Assembly: GCA_048939765.1 (NCBI GenBank)
Contig: JBHLPF010000022.1
Span: 1-59,495 of the forward strand
Reading direction: 5' to 3'
Length of the DNA stretch: 59,495 nt
DNA from: Promethearchaeota archaeon
GTDB taxonomy: Archaea > Asgardarchaeota > Thorarchaeia > Thorarchaeales > Thorarchaeaceae
Shown here: positions 55,891 through 59,495 of the stretch, in pieces
Layout of the letters: every line of letters starts with the position of its first letter
Position numbering within the stretch: position 1 is the stretch's first letter
Position numbers and translations under genes: made by a program
Notes under the pieces: generated by a model
Told to the model about the DNA's origin: nothing
The model's database searches: none
Seen by the model: only the letters and a program-made list of their open reading frames with translations

Positions 55891-57135
55891 ATGCACGAAC
55901 CATGTGAACCCTTCTGTCTAGATGTAGATGGAGAACCGGACTTAACCCCTGAAATTCGAAGGAAGAATCGAGTTGTAGGATACATCACGACGTTTCTCGT
56001 CGTATTCGTACTCGGGACGACAGAGATCTTTGCATCCTGGTATGTAAATCGACTTGGGGGAACATTAGTAGAATCAGGAATCGCTTTTGGAATGTTTGGA
56101 TTCGTCTACATGTTTTCACCCGCAATTGGCGGCCGCGTTTCGGATCGGATTGGAAGGAAGAAGACGCTTTTGGTTTCCTCAGGAGCCTACATTGGAGTCA
56201 TTCTTCTTTATCTTCTTCCTCTAATTCAACCTATACATTTGATAGCAATACGAACGGTGGAGGGCTTTGTCTATGGATTCATAGCTCCAACCATTGAAGG
56301 AATGGTTGCAGAGCTTGAGCCGGAATCACAGGTGGCAACTCTTGGCAATTTCTCAACGGCATGGAGTGCGTCAATGATTCTTCCGCCTATGATCATTGCG
56401 TATCTCGCTGGAATCTACGGTGACCTCTCCAGTATCTATGTGATCCTAGCTATTGAGATATTCTCATTAGCAATTATCGCATTATTCCTTCAAGCGTATA
56501 AGAGAAGGCCAGAATCAGAAGAGATTGAGAATCTACATGCAACTGACTTCCCGACTCAAGGAGAAAAGGCTAGCAAGACATCACCCCTATTCATTACATC
56601 TTATCTCTCTGTGATGTTATGGGGTGTAGTATCGACTGTGATTCTGGCATTATTCCCATCGTACATTGAGAATCTCGTTCTCTTGGGATATCCCTTTGCC
56701 ACTGAAGATTTCGGAAACCTGCTTCTGATATGGAACGTTGTTCGAACTGTTGGATTCATTGCGATCGCCAGAATGCCTGGTGAATACATGAAGACAGTCA
56801 TCCTTCTTGGAGCAGTCTTGTCGGCAAGCTCCGGCTTCCTTTTGTTCTCATTCATAGACATCTGGGTATTTGCGATTGCAATGGTACTCTCTGGATTGGG
56901 AGTGGGCTTTAACTATCTGGGCGCCCTATATCTGGTCGTTTCAGCGACAGATTTGGAGAAAGGTGCTCATGCTGGACTTGTCGAGAGCATGGGAGGTGTT
57001 GGACTCTTTCTGGGTCCCATCATTGGAGGCTGGGTGACGGGCTTTGGTCTCACATTTCCGTATCTCATGTACGCAGTCTTGGCAGTAGTAATCTTGGTGA
57101 TGATGATGGTTCTGCTGAAAAGAGACAAGACCTAG
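55891..57135 (+). CDS. MFS transporter
   Basis: Motif A GRVSDRIGRK; 12 TM helices. Confidence 0.92.
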   Translation: MHEPCEPFCLDVDGEPDLTPEIRRKNRVVGYITTFLVVFVLGTTEIFASWYVNRLGGTLVESGIAFGMFGFVYMFSPAIGGRVSDRIGRKKTLLVSSGAYIGVILLYLLPLIQPIHLIAIRTVEGFVYGFIAPTIEGMVAELEPESQVATLGNFSTAWSASMILPPMIIAYLAGIYGDLSSIYVILAIEIFSLAIIALFLQAYKRRPESEEIENLHATDFPTQGEKASKTSPLFITSYLSVMLWGVVSTVILALFPSYIENLVLLGYPFATEDFGNLLLIWNVVRTVGFIAIARMPGEYMKTVILLGAVLSASSGFLLFSFIDIWVFAIAMVLSGLGVGFNYLGALYLVVSATDLEKGAHAGLVESMGGVGLFLGPIIGGWVTGFGLTFPYLMYAVLAVVILVMMMVLLKRDKT

Positions 57136-57150
57136 TGATATGCATGCACA

Positions 57151-57918
57151 TCATTCAGACTTTAGCACGTCGTCGAAGGCACCTTTGATATCAGGGATTT
57201 CTGTGATACCTTTTCGTGGGGGACTTGGATAGGCGATCTTGCTATGCGTCAGACCAGTTTCAACGAGTGTACGCGCCATTTGAATTGCTATCACCCATGG
57301 GTCCAAGACAGGAACGCCGGTTTCCTTCATGATAGGCTCGAGATCAACCTCATGAGAAAGTGCTGTGCATCCGAGGACAATCACATCTGCCCCATCCTCT
57401 TCGATAACCCTCTTACACATCTTAAGCAGTTCTTCCTGCGTATGTCTTGGGTTCTTGGAAATGTCTAGAACAGGCATTGTTAGATACCGAACACTCGCAC
57501 AGAATGACTCGAGACCCTCTTTCCGGACGCCTTCTTGCATGCATCTCAAAAGCGACTGGCCTTGAACTGCGATTATGCTGAATTTCGTTCCTAGAGTAAG
57601 TGCGACGTGGAGGGCTGAGTTTCGTGGAGCAACAACGGGCACTTGACAGACTTCTCTTGCTGCATCAAGAATGGGATCACAGGCACAATCTATTACAATT
57701 GCATCGCAACCATCTTTCTCAGCTTTCACAATCTGCTCCAGAATAAATGGTGCATTATATGCCTCATCAACATGCGATTCAACACTATGAGTGCCAAACT
57801 TTGGAGTGTAGTTTAGAATCTCGTAGCCCTCTGGAGTATGCAGTTTGATGAAATCACGCTTTCTTTCATCGACCCACCAATCAGTCCCAGTAGCACCAAT
57901 AAGCCCAATTCGCTTCAT
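57151..57918 (-). CDS. Asp/Glu/hydantoin racemase family protein
   Basis: AIVIDCACDP and IVLGCTAL catalytic Cys pair, GVPVLDP; start ATG 57918. Confidence 0.9.
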   Translation of the reverse strand: MKRIGLIGATGTDWWVDERKRDFIKLHTPEGYEILNYTPKFGTHSVESHVDEAYNAPFILEQIVKAEKDGCDAIVIDCACDPILDAAREVCQVPVVAPRNSALHVALTLGTKFSIIAVQGQSLLRCMQEGVRKEGLESFCASVRYLTMPVLDISKNPRHTQEELLKMCKRVIEEDGADVIVLGCTALSHEVDLEPIMKETGVPVLDPWVIAIQMARTLVETGLTHSKIAYPSPPRKGITEIPDIKGAFDDVLKSE

Positions 57919-58164
57919 AACATTAATCCATCCAATTTGCTCATGTTCTATTCGAATTGAAATGGAGTTCATCAAGATGGGGCAAATACCCTCTTTTCCT
58001 CAATAACGGAACTCCAATGCATGAATGAAATCCGGCAATTTAAGTCTAGCATTCAATACTTAACGATTCTCAAATAGATAGCGATTCTCTAGGATTCTGG
58101 ACAGAGTGGACAAATTCTCTGAAGAAGTGCATTGTTTCAGAAGATTGCTATCGTATCATAAGGA

Positions 58165-58437
58165 TTAGATGTCTGCGCCACACTGTGCACACTTGGACAT
58201 TCCCTGCTCGTTTTTGTGACCACAATAGGGACAGACCACTAACACTCGTTCGACTATCCGCTCCCGCTCCATGATTTTCTCAGGCGTGGAAACCCGCTCT
58301 ATTGTGTGGACCTCTCTGAGAACCTGCTGGTTGCCTCCTCTCTTCCGGAAACGATAGCAGCAATAGCAGGAGATGATAAGTATCGCGAGAAAGGCCAAGA
58401 AAAATTCAAGCACAACCGGAATACCCATTTGTAGCAT
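58165..58437 (-). CDS. Small membrane-anchored zinc-ribbon protein
   Basis: N-terminal TM helix, Cys-rich juxtamembrane segment, C-terminal CPYCG...CAQCGA. Confidence 0.8.
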   Translation of the reverse strand: MLQMGIPVVLEFFLAFLAILIISCYCCYRFRKRGGNQQVLREVHTIERVSTPEKIMERERIVERVLVVCPYCGHKNEQGMSKCAQCGADI

Positions 58438-58619
58438 CTAGGAACTCTCCCAAATGATGCACATACGAAACTCACATTTATCTCTATTCAGCATCATTCT
58501 ATCTCAATCCTGGAACTCCAAGAGCATGATACTCACATATGCAAGTTGATTGCTGACTCAACATTCTCTTTTGGCTGCGCGTCCTGGCGCTTGATATAGG
58601 ATTGAGGTGGGGAGGACGA

Positions 58620-58775
58620 TTGAAGAAAAACGCGATATTCGCATTGGCTTCATTCCTGGCACTGCTGTTCACAGTGGTTGTAGGTCTAGCGTTCAATCTT
58701 AGATTAGGCATTGAAACTTCTGATCTAGATGACCTCAAACGTATACTCAGAATTACTAACATAATAGACACATAA
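58620..58775 (+). CDS. Small 51 aa signal-anchor protein (below the ORF-track cutoff)
   Basis: GGAGG RBS, then TTG: MKKNAIFALASFLALLFTVVVGLAFNLRLGIETSDLDDLKRILRITNIIDT*. Confidence 0.55.
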   Translation: MKKNAIFALASFLALLFTVVVGLAFNLRLGIETSDLDDLKRILRITNIIDT

Positions 58776-58913
58776 AAGAATATTCTCACAATATGCCTCT
58801 TTGGCGTGCTATTGGTTGAAATCGGACTATGAGGGGATTGAAATACTAACGCCCTGTCACCTTATTGATACGACTTATCTAAGGTTAAACCTCAAGAAAA
58901 AGTAACCCTCACT

Positions 58914-59495
58914 TCATCTCAAGTTCCCGATAATTTCTTCCATTGGCCTATACTCAAGCTCAGGATGCCCATAGCGCTCAGGGTGAAACGCCTTCCGACC
59001 AATCTCCGTACCGCCAGCATATCTCAACCTTTCATGCGCTGGAGATGCTGTCACAACTACTTCCATCCTCTCTTTGAGGTTGGCACTCATCACTCCATGT
59101 CCAGTGTCAGGATAATGCATGCAAATAAGATCAGGGAACATCACTACAGGTTTCCCATCGCTCATTGCCATCATGTACTCGTTCTTCACGACAACTTCGA
59201 ATTTGCCCTTCAAGTCCTCAGGCTTGATTCTCACAACTACATGCCAATGGCCTGCTCGATCTTCACCTTTCACTTCCTCGATCTTGCCCTGAGTGAGCCT
59301 TTGACCGCCCATAGTATCCAAGAATGCATCAATTGGATCCTTTTTGTTCTCGTTCGCATCTCGTACAGCTTCACCAAGCTGGATGGATTTTGAAATGCTA
59401 TCTGGAATCACCGACTTTTTCAACTGTGCACCAGTCTGATGATAGTGATTGTTTGCTCCAGCACCGCCATCATTGACAACAGCAAATCTTCCAAT
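58914..59495 (-). CDS. DUF917-family protein, C-terminal part (5' end lies beyond the window)
   Basis: Frame is open to the right edge; GKI..V, KNEYM and FPDLIC motifs are typical of DUF917. Confidence 0.75.
   Translation of the reverse strand: MGRFAVVNDGGAGANNHYHQTGAQLKKSVIPDSISKSIQLGEAVRDANENKKDPIDAFLDTMGGQRLTQGKIEEVKGEDRAGHWHVVVRIKPEDLKGKFEVVVKNEYMMAMSDGKPVVMFPDLICMHYPDTGHGVMSANLKERMEVVVTASPAHERLRYAGGTEIGRKAFHPERYGHPELEYRPMEEIIGNLR

Noticed and set aside
58499-58789. 96 aa minus-strand ORF
   Set aside because: The opposite-strand 51 aa ORF has a clear RBS and signal-anchor pattern and is the better call.
1-59495. tRNA, rRNA, CRISPR arrays and IS elements
   Set aside because: None recognised by eye and the intergenic gaps are short. 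tRNAscan-SE, Infernal and a CRISPR finder would be needed to exclude them formally.

Overview
Gene-dense archaeal chromosomal DNA, most likely from an Asgard archaeon such as Thorarchaeota. This is inferred from two Roadblock/LC7 genes, a site-1-protease-like subtilase, archaeal RadA, XPD, Hel308 and FEN1 homologues, a tungsten AOR and GGAGG/GGTGA ribosome-binding sites. I saw no rRNA, tRNA, CRISPR array, transposase or integrase. The main feature is a 15.7 kb, 15-gene, translationally coupled minus-strand operon (18220 to 2556). It encodes a near-complete DNA recombination toolkit: a divergent full-length RadA, two short RecA-fold paralogues (one lacking the Walker A lysine), an Fe-S XPD/DinG helicase, a Hel308-like helicase with an inserted SWIM zinc finger, a PIP-box FEN1/XPG nuclease and a Zn-ribbon/wHTH protein. 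These are interleaved with four membrane-anchored proteins, one of them a catalytically degenerate HerA/VirB4/CedB-like translocase. The operon looks like an undescribed membrane-associated DNA exchange or recombination machine. Nearby are a GH3 adenylating enzyme and an Mre11 plus hookless mini-Rad50 pair. The rest is mixed housekeeping and accessory content: glmS, ABC transporters, RimK, AlkA, an orphan m6A methyltransferase and an AOR/LLM/MFS/racemase/DUF917 catabolic cluster. Several proteins there are unusual: an S1P-like subtilase, a cytoplasmic gingipain-like peptidase, a His-to-Glu PEP swivel domain and an EamA-RAM fusion. All family assignments come from motif recognition by eye; no database searches were run.
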